DNA of 64,000 nucleotides, taken from contig JADFYG010000002.1 in NCBI GenBank assembly GCA_015233155.1, forward strand, positions 110,734 to 174,733, written 5' to 3'. Made by a program: the position numbers and the translations under genes. The stretch comes from Candidatus Rifleibacteriota bacterium. GTDB taxonomy: Bacteria; Muiribacteriota; Ozemobacteria; Ozemobacterales; Ozemobacteraceae. The notes under the pieces are model-generated. The model did no database searches. It saw only the letters and a list, made by a program, of their open reading frames with translations, and had not been told where the DNA came from. This document shows, in pieces, positions 48,809 through 57,828 of this stretch; position 1 is the first letter of the stretch; each line of letters begins with the position of its first letter.

Positions 48809-50635
48809 TTATTTTATAGCCTCACGAACATTAAATTCCAATTTCCAGCGACCATCGCCTCCGACTTCCCGGCACCAGATCTCAAGTGTCCCGATTTCAG
48901 TAATGGCAACCTGTAATGTGACGCTCACGGGCGTTCCCGGAGTAACTCCTTCGCGGGCAGGGAGATCCAGCTTCAGGCTGCTGGTCTCCTCCATGTCGCT
49001 GCTCAAATCATCAAGTAATTGTCCGGGTTTGTCGTCACGGCGTGCGTTGGCCTTGAAAAACTTGAATTCGACAGGACGTCCTACCATGAGACTGAAACTG
49101 CGATTCTCTATATCCGCAATAGAACCCTCTTCCATGCCTTGTGCCGCTACGCACAACGCTTTGAGTGGCGGAGTCATTCCCGGGATGGCTGGAAGTGCTG
49201 ACTCGATGCCGATATAATATGACTGGGAGACGCCTCCGCGAATCCGGATGCCTTTCCCGCAACGCGCCAGACCAAATGCCGTCGCTCCTACCGCAACGGC
49301 GCGAGTAAGATCCATGCCTTCAAGCACCTTGATTGCGGGTTTTCCCGCTTCCTTCAGCCATGAGTTTACAACCTCGATCAGACGATCGCGGAAGGGCTGG
49401 GAGAGAAAAACACCACCATTGAACAGTATCGCTTTCGGATAGCGGAATGCATCACCGGAAGGGAGTGCATTATCGCTAGTTGATGACTGATTTTTTTCGC
49501 CGCCCTGAGCCGAAAGAAATTTGGCCAAATGCCGTGTAATTGCAGGATCAGCCGCGTAGGCAAGATTAACTTCCCGAAAACCCGCACCAGTGTCTTCCCG
49601 GGGGAAATCGGACATTTTGCATGGTGGAAAGAAGCCATCGATCAGGATCGACTCAATATCTTTGCGATCAAGAGTGGTTTTCATCGTTCCGCCGATTACT
49701 GAGCTGCCGCGCCCGGAAATAACCAGCGGCTCGGATTTGAGTTCCGGGTTGTTCAGTAAATTCTCTTTGGCTTTTCTACAGGCATGACTTAGTACAAGAG
49801 TTTGCCATGTGTCGATTTTCTTCTTAGCGGCTTCGAGTTTGCTTTTTGCGTGAAATGCGAGCGTGAGATCCATGTTGTCGCCGCCGAGAAGAATGTGATT
49901 GCCTACCGCTACTCGCTTAAGTGCAAGGTCACCATTTTCTTCCTCTATCGCAATCAGGGAAAAATCAGTCGTTCCCCCTCCGACGTCGACGACCAGTACA
50001 ACGTCGCCCTTCTTTATCTGATCGCGCCATGGAGCTTCAGACTGGGTTATCCAGGAGTAAAAAGCGGCCTGAGGTTCTTCAAGCAGTGTGACATCAGACA
50101 AACCGGACTGCTTTGCCGCTTCGACGATCAAATCACGTGCAGCCGCATCGAATGAGGCTGGAATCGTTATAATGACCTGCTGGTCTTCGAGTTTGTGTTT
50201 GTTTTTATGGTTCCAGGAGGCACGGGCATGTGCGAGATATTCGCTCATTGCTTCCAGGGGCGAGATTTTTTTGGTTCCTTCCGGGGCATTCCAGGGTAGA
50301 ATCGGATCGCGTCGGTTGACGCGCGGATTGCATAACCATGATTTTGCAGAACTGATTAATCGCGCTGGAACTTCGGCACCGCGTTCCCTGGCATACTCGC
50401 CAACGATGAATGGACTTTCTCTTTTCCAGGGGAGGGCAGCTTTTTCCTGAAGGCGTTCGAATAAAAATGAAGGTAGAATATCGCGCTCTTCAACGCTTCC
50501 CTGAGCGAATTCCTGGATTAGTGGAAAAACTTTTATTTCAGGCTTCTTGTCTTCGGCCGCCGAAATAGTAGTGTGTGTAACTACCGTGTTGGTTGTTCCG
50601 AGATCGATTCCAACAATGCTTTTTGCCTGACTCAT
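48809..50635 (-). CDS. Atypical Hsp70-family protein (608 aa)
   Basis: VGIDLGTTNTVVTH, VVDVGGGTTDFSLIA; a DnaK-like NBD with a divergent substrate-binding region. It overlaps the upstream DUF2760-like gene by 4 nt. Confidence 0.85.
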   Translation of the reverse strand: MSQAKSIVGIDLGTTNTVVTHTTISAAEDKKPEIKVFPLIQEFAQGSVEERDILPSFLFERLQEKAALPWKRESPFIVGEYARERGAEVPARLISSAKSWLCNPRVNRRDPILPWNAPEGTKKISPLEAMSEYLAHARASWNHKNKHKLEDQQVIITIPASFDAAARDLIVEAAKQSGLSDVTLLEEPQAAFYSWITQSEAPWRDQIKKGDVVLVVDVGGGTTDFSLIAIEEENGDLALKRVAVGNHILLGGDNMDLTLAFHAKSKLEAAKKKIDTWQTLVLSHACRKAKENLLNNPELKSEPLVISGRGSSVIGGTMKTTLDRKDIESILIDGFFPPCKMSDFPREDTGAGFREVNLAYAADPAITRHLAKFLSAQGGEKNQSSTSDNALPSGDAFRYPKAILFNGGVFLSQPFRDRLIEVVNSWLKEAGKPAIKVLEGMDLTRAVAVGATAFGLARCGKGIRIRGGVSQSYYIGIESALPAIPGMTPPLKALCVAAQGMEEGSIADIENRSFSLMVGRPVEFKFFKANARRDDKPGQLLDDLSSDMEETSSLKLDLPAREGVTPGTPVSVTLQVAITEIGTLEIWCREVGGDGRWKLEFNVREAIK

Positions 50636-51348
50636 GCTATCTCGACCTCAGCGGGAGCAATAACGCGACCTTCCCAACCTGAAACGAGTTCCGGAAGTTT
50701 ACACTCCCTCAGGCGCCATCCGCGATGAACGAGTGTTCCACGATATGGTCCCGTGGGAGCCACATTTCCGGTAAGTTTTATGGCATGCTGATCAATGCTT
50801 GTTCCCAGATCGACTGTTTCTCCTTCGGGCGCTTCGATTATGTGCTCGATTATCAGCCGGTCCTGGAGTATTTTTTTGAGATCAGCATGAATCGGACGAA
50901 TGGCCCCCCCAAGCTCTTCATCCTGGAAAGGCGTGATGTCTTCCATCAGGAAATCGAGCAAACGCCCCTCCTTCTGCAATAAATACAGGATCTGCAATGC
51001 TATGGCGGGTGGCGCGCCGGAGTCGCTGGAAGGAACAGGTTTGGGCTCCGGTTTAGGCTCGGGCTTCGGAGTCTCTGGAGCGGGCACCGGCATCGGTTGT
51101 GGAGGAGGGGCAGGCAACGTTACTGACGCTTTAGCGCACGGTTCGTCCATCGAAAGCAAACTGGCAATGGAAGTGAACAGAGCCGCAAAGAAAAAAAGAC
51201 TGATTCCTATTGTCAGATTAATCTTATTGATCTCAATCAAAAAGAGAAGCAATTTTGCTGATGGGGCTTTGTGCAAAATTGCAGCAGTACCTGAAATGAT
51301 AATGGTTGAACCTGCGAGGGTAAGCAGGGCCATGAACTTTTTCAGCAT
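50632..51348 (-). CDS. DUF2760-like membrane protein (Hsp70-associated)
   Basis: Two N-terminal TM helices, a Pro-rich PEPKPEPKPEPKP linker, and a conserved C-terminal region (ALQILYLLQKEGRLLDFLMEDITPFQDEELGGAIRPIHADLKKIL…). The domain assignment is from memory of the family pattern, not from a search. Confidence 0.55.
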   Translation of the reverse strand: MLKKFMALLTLAGSTIIISGTAAILHKAPSAKLLLFLIEINKINLTIGISLFFFAALFTSIASLLSMDEPCAKASVTLPAPPPQPMPVPAPETPKPEPKPEPKPVPSSDSGAPPAIALQILYLLQKEGRLLDFLMEDITPFQDEELGGAIRPIHADLKKILQDRLIIEHIIEAPEGETVDLGTSIDQHAIKLTGNVAPTGPYRGTLVHRGWRLRECKLPELVSGWEGRVIAPAEVEIA

Positions 51349-51621
51349 CGCTGACCTCGTTTTTTATACAATTTGAAGCATGTTAGTATGATGGAAAGTC
51401 TTTATGCAAGTCAAGAGGTCTTCGAATCGAAAAAACTTGTCGCTCAAGGGCTTGCGTTATTTTGGTCTGTCCGGTAAGCTTATCAAAGTATATTTCTTCT
51501 AAGCATGAAGAAATTGTATTTATTATTGAGTATTGCGTAGATGTTCGTTCCTGGAAATCTCGTTTAAAAACCTAAGTTGTTCGTGTGTTTTCACACATTT
51601 TGTATCAAGTAGGGAGTAAAA

Positions 51622-52707
51622 ATGCGACGTATATTATCTGCATTGATAGGTTTTTCTCTCTTTGTCGGGACTCTTGTTTTTGTTCCGACCCTCTATGCCG
51701 GAACTCTTGAACAGTGGTCTGGCCGCCTTGAAGCTGTCGAAGATCAGGAAATCCGACAAACCCTCCAGAACAGCATTATCGCAGGTCTGATTGTCAGTCC
51801 AGCCGATTTTGATACCGCTCTCGCGTGTGCAAATTCTCGTAAAAATGGCGGAAACCCACATAACGGCGGAAACACAAATGGTGGGAGTCTGAATGAGACC
51901 ATAGCCAAATTGTCCGCTTCTATTCCTCAGCTTGATCGCGACGCAGTCGCTGCACAAAAAGGTGACGGAATGCGCGGACATCTTTTCGAACCTATAATTG
52001 GGAATCTGCCCCCCAGCTTCGAAGCAGCATACAATCTGGCCATAAAATTTGATCCGCGGTCCGGAACGAATGACGCCCCACGTCTCGACAAAGACATTGA
52101 CGCCTTTTTGGCAGTCATTGCTGACGACCCCGTTATCAAACAGGCACTGAGTTCGACCGGCACAACTATAAGCGATCTTAAGCGCAACTGGTTTGGCCCC
52201 GGATTGGGCTTTGAACACGTAATCGCAGGCGAAATCAAAGGCAGTGAAGTCAGCGGATACCATTGGTGGTATAAGTTTTATCGTGATGAAATTGCAGGCA
52301 ATGCGAAATACATATCGACTATGGGCAATGTAGGTGACCAGCATGCTTATACCGGCCAGTTCTCCTGGGACCCGGACGGCGACGGCCCGCTACCTCGTGC
52401 CGTCAAGCACAAAGGCGGCTTCATTATAGGAAATTCCGTTCAGGCAATTTTGGCTCTCGGTCATATAGCTATTGAGTCAGCCCGTAAGCTCGGAAACATT
52501 CCAGGCGCCTTCACTTTCGACGCGAATGTTAACGGTGAAACCTTTACTTGGCAATGTTACACGATTAGCGGCTCAATCCGAAGTCTTTATCCGATGGGTG
52601 GAAAAGCGGGGTTGCCGGCTCCGGCAGATGCAAGTCGAGAGTATTACGAGCTGGAAGAAGATGCAGCGAAGGCCTTGAATCACGCAGGAAGTCTTACAGT
52701 TCACTAA
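51622..52707 (+). CDS. Secreted hypothetical protein
   Basis: Signal peptide MRRILSALIGFSLFVGTLVFVPTLYAG; an RBS-like GGGAG upstream. No recognised catalytic motif (HWWYKFY…SWDPDGDG). Confidence 0.55.
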   Translation: MRRILSALIGFSLFVGTLVFVPTLYAGTLEQWSGRLEAVEDQEIRQTLQNSIIAGLIVSPADFDTALACANSRKNGGNPHNGGNTNGGSLNETIAKLSASIPQLDRDAVAAQKGDGMRGHLFEPIIGNLPPSFEAAYNLAIKFDPRSGTNDAPRLDKDIDAFLAVIADDPVIKQALSSTGTTISDLKRNWFGPGLGFEHVIAGEIKGSEVSGYHWWYKFYRDEIAGNAKYISTMGNVGDQHAYTGQFSWDPDGDGPLPRAVKHKGGFIIGNSVQAILALGHIAIESARKLGNIPGAFTFDANVNGETFTWQCYTISGSIRSLYPMGGKAGLPAPADASREYYELEEDAAKALNHAGSLTVH

Positions 52708-53499
52708 TTATTTGCCAGCGAGACGCAAGCGGTTAACCTCTATGTGAGCCAGACGCGTTGGCTCCGGGAGTCGATACTGGCGGCAGCCTGAAAGCGTAAG
52801 GCTGATTGCTCCGGCAATGTCTATGAGATGCCCGGGAGAAATCCAAAGAGGTTTAACACCGCGTTTTGTTCTAACGAGCGCCCCGATGATTTCGTCGCGA
52901 TCGATAATCGGAGTATGCGCTCCCACTTCATCCGCCGGCTCCATGGCTTCTCCAATCAGACGACTTTTTGCAACACCGACAGTTGGAACACCCAGTCGGA
53001 GACCGATATGAGCCGCGATGCCGAGGCGCCTCGGGTGCGCAATTCCTTGTCCGTCAAACAAAAAAGCGTCTGGGGCGGTCTTTAAGCGATCGATAGCTTG
53101 AACTACTATTGGCCCCTCACGAAATGCAAGAAACCCGGGAATATAAGGAAACATTGCCTTTCCTGATGCCCCAGCGATTTCAACAATACGATTTTCAGCA
53201 AGATCGTAGATGACAGCCGCCGCCCATATATGCGATCCGCGCCATTCGCATGAACAATCGATTCCTGCAACAAAGCGTATATGATGCAGAGGATTAGTCA
53301 GAACCAATCGCTTTACGAGTCGGCGTTGAAGCTCAACAGCCTCAGCCGGCGTCAGATTCCATGGATGATTTAGGTCATCATCATTCGAAGAGACGAACGT
53401 CGATGATTTCTGATCCTGCCCACACGCCAGGGAAAAAACCATGGGCGTTGACGAAATACTACCGAGATAATCAGTGCAGAATCTGCAGCCACTGATCAA
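52708..53499 (-). CDS. nfi: Endonuclease V
   Basis: AGIDCS…YIPGFLAFREGP…LFDGQGIAHPRRLGIAAHIGLRLGVPTVGVAKS match the Nfi catalytic core. The true start may be the internal Met near 53442. Confidence 0.8.
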   Translation of the reverse strand: MISGCRFCTDYLGSISSTPMVFSLACGQDQKSSTFVSSNDDDLNHPWNLTPAEAVELQRRLVKRLVLTNPLHHIRFVAGIDCSCEWRGSHIWAAAVIYDLAENRIVEIAGASGKAMFPYIPGFLAFREGPIVVQAIDRLKTAPDAFLFDGQGIAHPRRLGIAAHIGLRLGVPTVGVAKSRLIGEAMEPADEVGAHTPIIDRDEIIGALVRTKRGVKPLWISPGHLIDIAGAISLTLSGCRQYRLPEPTRLAHIEVNRLRLAGK

Positions 53500-54904
53500 T
53501 TATTTTTAAAACATCTGGGTGACACGCCAAGGCAAGATGATTCAGTTTTAATTCTTTCATGCCTAACAGAGATGCCCCACGTTTGAGCGCATTCGTCGTA
53601 GCCCTCGCCGAGCAGAGAGGCAGGAGTCCGTCGCCATCCGGAGTGAAATATTCCCATGGCATCGGAACAACTTTCCCATCAATAAAGGTGATATAGGGAG
53701 AGGTGCCAGCAATCACGCCAAGCCTTATCGAAGGATCCAACCCCTTATCTTCCAGACGGTAGATCAGTCGCTCGCCTTGTTCTATGGCGGCGTCGATTCC
53801 ACGCGACTTCAGGAACATTGATGTCCCGCCATTATATAGAGCAAGCATACTGACACCAGCATCTGGCGTAAGGCTATCCAGACCCAGGGGTAGGCGCGAG
53901 CTCTTATTTTTACTGAATTGTTTGACATCCTGAATGAAAAGGTCCAGATTCAATGGAGCGGACTCATCGCGAACCAAGTTATACAGCAGCTGACATTGCC
54001 CTGGGAAATAATTCTTCGACGTGTCAGTATAGATCGACAGATCCGCGGTATTCTGCCACATACCGTAGAGCAACATTGCTTCAGCACCAATGGCAGCCCC
54101 GATACTGTGATCAGCCGCGGCCGCGAGGTTGAGTCCATAGTATCGAAACGCAGTGTCAATACCCTTGAACGGGCATGCGATAGCGATGAATGCCCGGACG
54201 TCTTTTCTGAAAGGAGTCAGAAAAGTCTTCCGGGGGAAAATCGATCGCCCGTCAGAGCAGTAAAGACGAGCTGCAACATTCCCTTTTGAATGGGCGATAA
54301 CATCGACTTTAAAATTCGGATCGTCGGTCTTATGCATTAAAATGCGAATACGTCGAATAGCATCCGCAATCTGTTCGGCCTGCAGAAAATTATCGCCCTG
54401 TCCATGTGCAAACGTTACTGCGAACACAGAATAGCCAAGCTTGGACAACCAGTATGCATAGCCACGGATAATTTTCTGATTGGTGTCGAAGTCAGCAGGA
54501 CACTCCGAAGTCCCAGGATGCATCCAGGCACGATTTGCATTATCAGCACAGCCATGGACAAGGAGAATGGGAACAGGAAAAGTTTTTCCCGACCATCCAG
54601 GGGCACAATGCAATAGAAAACGACTGGATGGCGGAGTATCACGACCACCGAACCATTTCACGATCAACGAACTTTGTTGATGTCCTGCCGGGTGAAAGGC
54701 CTCCTGAATAAATGCTTTGTGCATGTCAGCGAGTCGTTCTACACGCTCCCAGGGGGCTGCTTCAGATGCTGTAAAAATCGCTTCCGGTTCAGGGTTGAAC
54801 TGTTCGGAAGCCGGCAAACTGGGACAAACACAGGCGAGAAGAAGGGTAATAATAGATCTTATTATGAGCAGACGTCGCCATGATAAGTGACGAGTGGATT
54901 TCAA
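53471..54904 (-). CDS. Secreted alpha/beta-hydrolase (lipase/PGAP1-like)
   Basis: Signal peptide; nucleophile elbow VIAHSKGN (GxSxG-type) and an HG oxyanion region LLVHGCADN. Confidence 0.6.
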   Translation of the reverse strand: MKSTRHLSWRRLLIIRSIITLLLACVCPSLPASEQFNPEPEAIFTASEAAPWERVERLADMHKAFIQEAFHPAGHQQSSLIVKWFGGRDTPPSSRFLLHCAPGWSGKTFPVPILLVHGCADNANRAWMHPGTSECPADFDTNQKIIRGYAYWLSKLGYSVFAVTFAHGQGDNFLQAEQIADAIRRIRILMHKTDDPNFKVDVIAHSKGNVAARLYCSDGRSIFPRKTFLTPFRKDVRAFIAIACPFKGIDTAFRYYGLNLAAAADHSIGAAIGAEAMLLYGMWQNTADLSIYTDTSKNYFPGQCQLLYNLVRDESAPLNLDLFIQDVKQFSKNKSSRLPLGLDSLTPDAGVSMLALYNGGTSMFLKSRGIDAAIEQGERLIYRLEDKGLDPSIRLGVIAGTSPYITFIDGKVVPMPWEYFTPDGDGLLPLCSARATTNALKRGASLLGMKELKLNHLALACHPDVLKIIDQWLQILH

Positions 54905-55016
54905 AATTAACCTCCCATCCCGCTGTTGAATCGAATTTCAAAAATCAAAAGTATATTTGTTAATTGTATGAATTTCTCAGGATGTGTCAATATTTCCACA
55001 CAGATGAACAAAAATA

Positions 55017-55430
55017 TCAGAATCTTCTGTGACGAATGCCGTCAATAATATGCATTAGCGCTAGCAGTGGCCGAACAAAAAGAAGTCTTGGACCCGCAAA
55101 ACGCATCACTTCGCGCACTGCTTTGCGTGATTCAACAGAGTAACAATGGATTTTACAATTTGCACATGTGGGCTTGTCTGAGCCGAACGGGCAGCGGGAA
55201 AGTCTTGTCCGGGCTATGTTTTTTAACTCGAAACACGTTTTACAAAGCCGGCTGTTTTTTTCATGCGAGGGCTTGTCCTGACATGTCTCCGGTCTGTTAT
55301 GGCCATGATCACAATATATTTGGATCATAGCTGCAATAGTGCGATATTCCCTTGTGAGACGGTCTTTGCACGGAAAAAACATCATTACCTCCATGGATTT
55401 TTCCTGTATTACGTCAGTGAAGTTTCGCAC
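55017..55430 (-). CDS. Cys-rich small protein, possibly nitrous-oxide-stimulated promoter (YgbA-like) family
   Basis: CDHGHNRPETC…LCKTCFELK…CPFGSDKPTCANCKIHCY. Multiple CxxC pairs. Family assignment tentative. Confidence 0.45.
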   Translation of the reverse strand: MRNFTDVIQEKSMEVMMFFPCKDRLTREYRTIAAMIQIYCDHGHNRPETCQDKPSHEKNSRLCKTCFELKNIARTRLSRCPFGSDKPTCANCKIHCYSVESRKAVREVMRFAGPRLLFVRPLLALMHIIDGIRHRRF

Positions 55431-55468
55431 ATTTATACCGGCCGTGGAACTTCACTCCAGGAACTTGT

Positions 55469-55484
55469 TGGCGGGAAATGTGCA
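55469..55484 (+). promoter_or_regulatory. Possible sigma54-type promoter upstream of ferredoxin-aldehyde:ferredoxin oxidoreductase operon
   Basis: TGGCGG-GAAAT-GTGCA: GG and GC at the consensus -24/-12 spacing, with -12 TGC instead of TTGC. About 100 nt upstream of the ferredoxin start. Confidence 0.25.
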
Positions 55485-55588
55485 AAAGTCCATCGTCACA
55501 AGAATAAAACTATGCTCGTATATGGTCAAGAAACGGAATATCATATTAGATAATGTCGGTTTTTTGATCGTTGTATCAGGAGGGTATC

Positions 55589-56044
55589 ATGTCAAAGCTA
55601 TTGAGAGTCCTTCAGCGGGAACAATGTATCGGGTGTCTGAGCTGTATGCTTGCGTGCAGTCGATCATGGTTTGCAGCGCTGACGGTTGAAAAAGCTGCGT
55701 TGCGCATTCGCAATTACGCTGGTGTCGAAGGAGCTTTTTCAATCAGAGCTTGCTACGGTTGTCTGGAACCTGACTGTGCACGAGCATGTCCGACGGGAGC
55801 GTTGTCCAATCGTTCCGGTGGTGGAGTGATTCTCGACGTCAAAAAATGCGATAACTGCGGTGATTGTGTCAAAGCATGTGTTCCCAAAGCCCTCCAGTGG
55901 GATGTTGAAGCGCGCCAGCCGATTCCATGTCGTCACTGCGGGATCTGCACCGGATTTTGTCCAAATGCGGTTATCGGTATGACGGATTCCGACGCAGGCA
56001 CCAATGGCCCCGACATGATCAAACCGGCCCGAAAGGATCAATGA
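55589..56044 (+). CDS. 4Fe-4S ferredoxin-domain protein
   Basis: CIGCLSCMLAC, CYGCLEPDCARACP, CDNCGDCVKACVP and CRHCGICTGFCP cysteine clusters. RBS AGGAGGG upstream of ATG 55589. ATGA overlap with aldehyde:ferredoxin oxidoreductase. Confidence 0.8.
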   Translation: MSKLLRVLQREQCIGCLSCMLACSRSWFAALTVEKAALRIRNYAGVEGAFSIRACYGCLEPDCARACPTGALSNRSGGGVILDVKKCDNCGDCVKACVPKALQWDVEARQPIPCRHCGICTGFCPNAVIGMTDSDAGTNGPDMIKPARKDQ

Positions 56045-57813
56045 CGATGGCTACGCGCAAATTTCAAATGATGGATGTGAACCTCACGACAGGCGAGTCA
56101 GGAATAACTGATATTTCCGACTTGTTTGACGAATTTCTTGGTGGGACTGGCGTTGCAACTAAACTGTTGTCGGAAATGCCTCCCGGGATGGATTCATATT
56201 CTGCGGAAGCCCCTGTGATCTTTGCCATCGGACCATTCGACACAATATTTCCGGTTGCAACAAAGACTGTGGCATTGTTCAAGTCTCCCCTCACCGGAAA
56301 TCTTGGCGAGTCACACGCCGGTGGACGCCTGGCTATGGCAATGTATGGAGCCGGTATTCACGTACTGCGTATCAGGGGGCGTGCTCCAACATTGTCATAT
56401 CTCGTAATAGATGAAGAGACGGCTGTTGTGAAACGTGCCAACTCTCTCAAGGGAATGTCGGCTCTCGCGACTGAGCGGATGTTGCGCGACCGTGAAGATT
56501 CCGAATTCAAGCGATCTATTATTCGTATCGGTCCGGCCGGCGAAAGGTTGTCGCCAATCGGTGAAGTTACCGTCGATGCCGCGCGACATTTCGGACGTCT
56601 TGGCCTTGGAGGTGTTCTTGGTTCAAAAAATCTTAAAGCCATCATGATTTCCGGAGGCAAATACTGGAAGATTGATAATAAGGGACAATTCAATATCTTC
56701 TACAAGAAGCTTTATGACAGTGTCGTAAACTCACCACTCATGAAAAAATATCACGAACTTGGAACATCGGTAAACGTAATTCCACTGTCGAAAATCAATG
56801 GAATGCCGACTCGAAATTTTAGCCAGGGCTCATTCGAGGGCGCGCGTGAAATCAGCGGCGAACGTTTTGCCGAGAAACATCTCAATCAACAGATAGCCTG
56901 TGCGCACTGCCAGGTTGGTTGCATTCACGTAGCTTCGCTTCGTGAACGATTCAGTGCCGAAGATCAGCATTACAAGACGTTCAAGGTATCATATGATCAC
57001 GAACTTATTTATGCCTGGGGCTCCAATCTTTCAATAGGTTCGACGGAAGAAATTTTGCGCCTGTTGCTTATCGTAGAAAAACAAGGCTGGGACGCCATTT
57101 CAATGGGTACAACTCTTGCTTGGACGGTTGACGCCTACGCTCATGGCTTCATAGGTGATAAGGAAACAGTTGGTTTGATTCCTGCATTTGGCGATGCGAA
57201 GACGTTTGAAAAAATGCTCGGTCGCATTATATCCGGGCATAACGAGTTTTATCGCAGTCTTGAAAAAGGTTCCGTTTTTTGTGCGCGCATTTATGGTGGA
57301 AAAGAATATTCAATCGCTTTTGGAGGAAATGAAGCAGCCGGATATTCGACAGGATTATGGGGATTTCTCGGTTACGCGACAGGAGTTCGCCATTCACATC
57401 TTGATGCGGCTGGTTATTCGATTGATCAAGGCAATATATCCAATCCGCAAAGCGACGAAATACTCACCAGAAATTTATATAATGAATCCGTCTGGAGAAT
57501 GATCCTGAATTCGCTTGTCATATGTCTATTTGCGCGAAATGTCTATACGAAAGAAATTATTCTCGAAGGACTTGATGTATTAGGCATTAGTGGCTGGACC
57601 GAAGATCGTCTGATCAAGACTTCACGACACATTCACGCACTAAAATACAAATTCAAGGAAGATTGCGGTTTTAAATTTGAGGACCAGGAGCTTCCGGGAC
57701 GATTGCTCAGGACGGTCACCAGCAGTGGGATGCTATCGAGCGAACGCTTCCGCACTGAAATCGATCGGTACAAGTCATTCATTGCCGATGATCGGCGGTC
57801 TTTGGGAATATGA
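56041..57813 (+). CDS. aor: Aldehyde:ferredoxin oxidoreductase (tungsten-containing AOR family)
   Basis: The N-terminus MTMATRKFQMMDVNLTTGE fits the aldehyde:ferredoxin oxidoreductase N-terminal signature (…VNLTTG…). Length about 590 aa. Coupled to the upstream ferredoxin. Confidence 0.85.
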   Translation: MTMATRKFQMMDVNLTTGESGITDISDLFDEFLGGTGVATKLLSEMPPGMDSYSAEAPVIFAIGPFDTIFPVATKTVALFKSPLTGNLGESHAGGRLAMAMYGAGIHVLRIRGRAPTLSYLVIDEETAVVKRANSLKGMSALATERMLRDREDSEFKRSIIRIGPAGERLSPIGEVTVDAARHFGRLGLGGVLGSKNLKAIMISGGKYWKIDNKGQFNIFYKKLYDSVVNSPLMKKYHELGTSVNVIPLSKINGMPTRNFSQGSFEGAREISGERFAEKHLNQQIACAHCQVGCIHVASLRERFSAEDQHYKTFKVSYDHELIYAWGSNLSIGSTEEILRLLLIVEKQGWDAISMGTTLAWTVDAYAHGFIGDKETVGLIPAFGDAKTFEKMLGRIISGHNEFYRSLEKGSVFCARIYGGKEYSIAFGGNEAAGYSTGLWGFLGYATGVRHSHLDAAGYSIDQGNISNPQSDEILTRNLYNESVWRMILNSLVICLFARNVYTKEIILEGLDVLGISGWTEDRLIKTSRHIHALKYKFKEDCGFKFEDQELPGRLLRTVTSSGMLSSERFRTEIDRYKSFIADDRRSLGI

Positions 57814-57828
57814 AGCTTACTGGCCACT

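Noticed and set aside
51030-51120. Short tandem DNA repeat (GGCTCCGG/GGCTCGGG units).
   Set aside because: It lies inside the DUF2760-like CDS and encodes the PEPKPEPKPEP linker. It is a coding low-complexity repeat, not a CRISPR or regulatory array.
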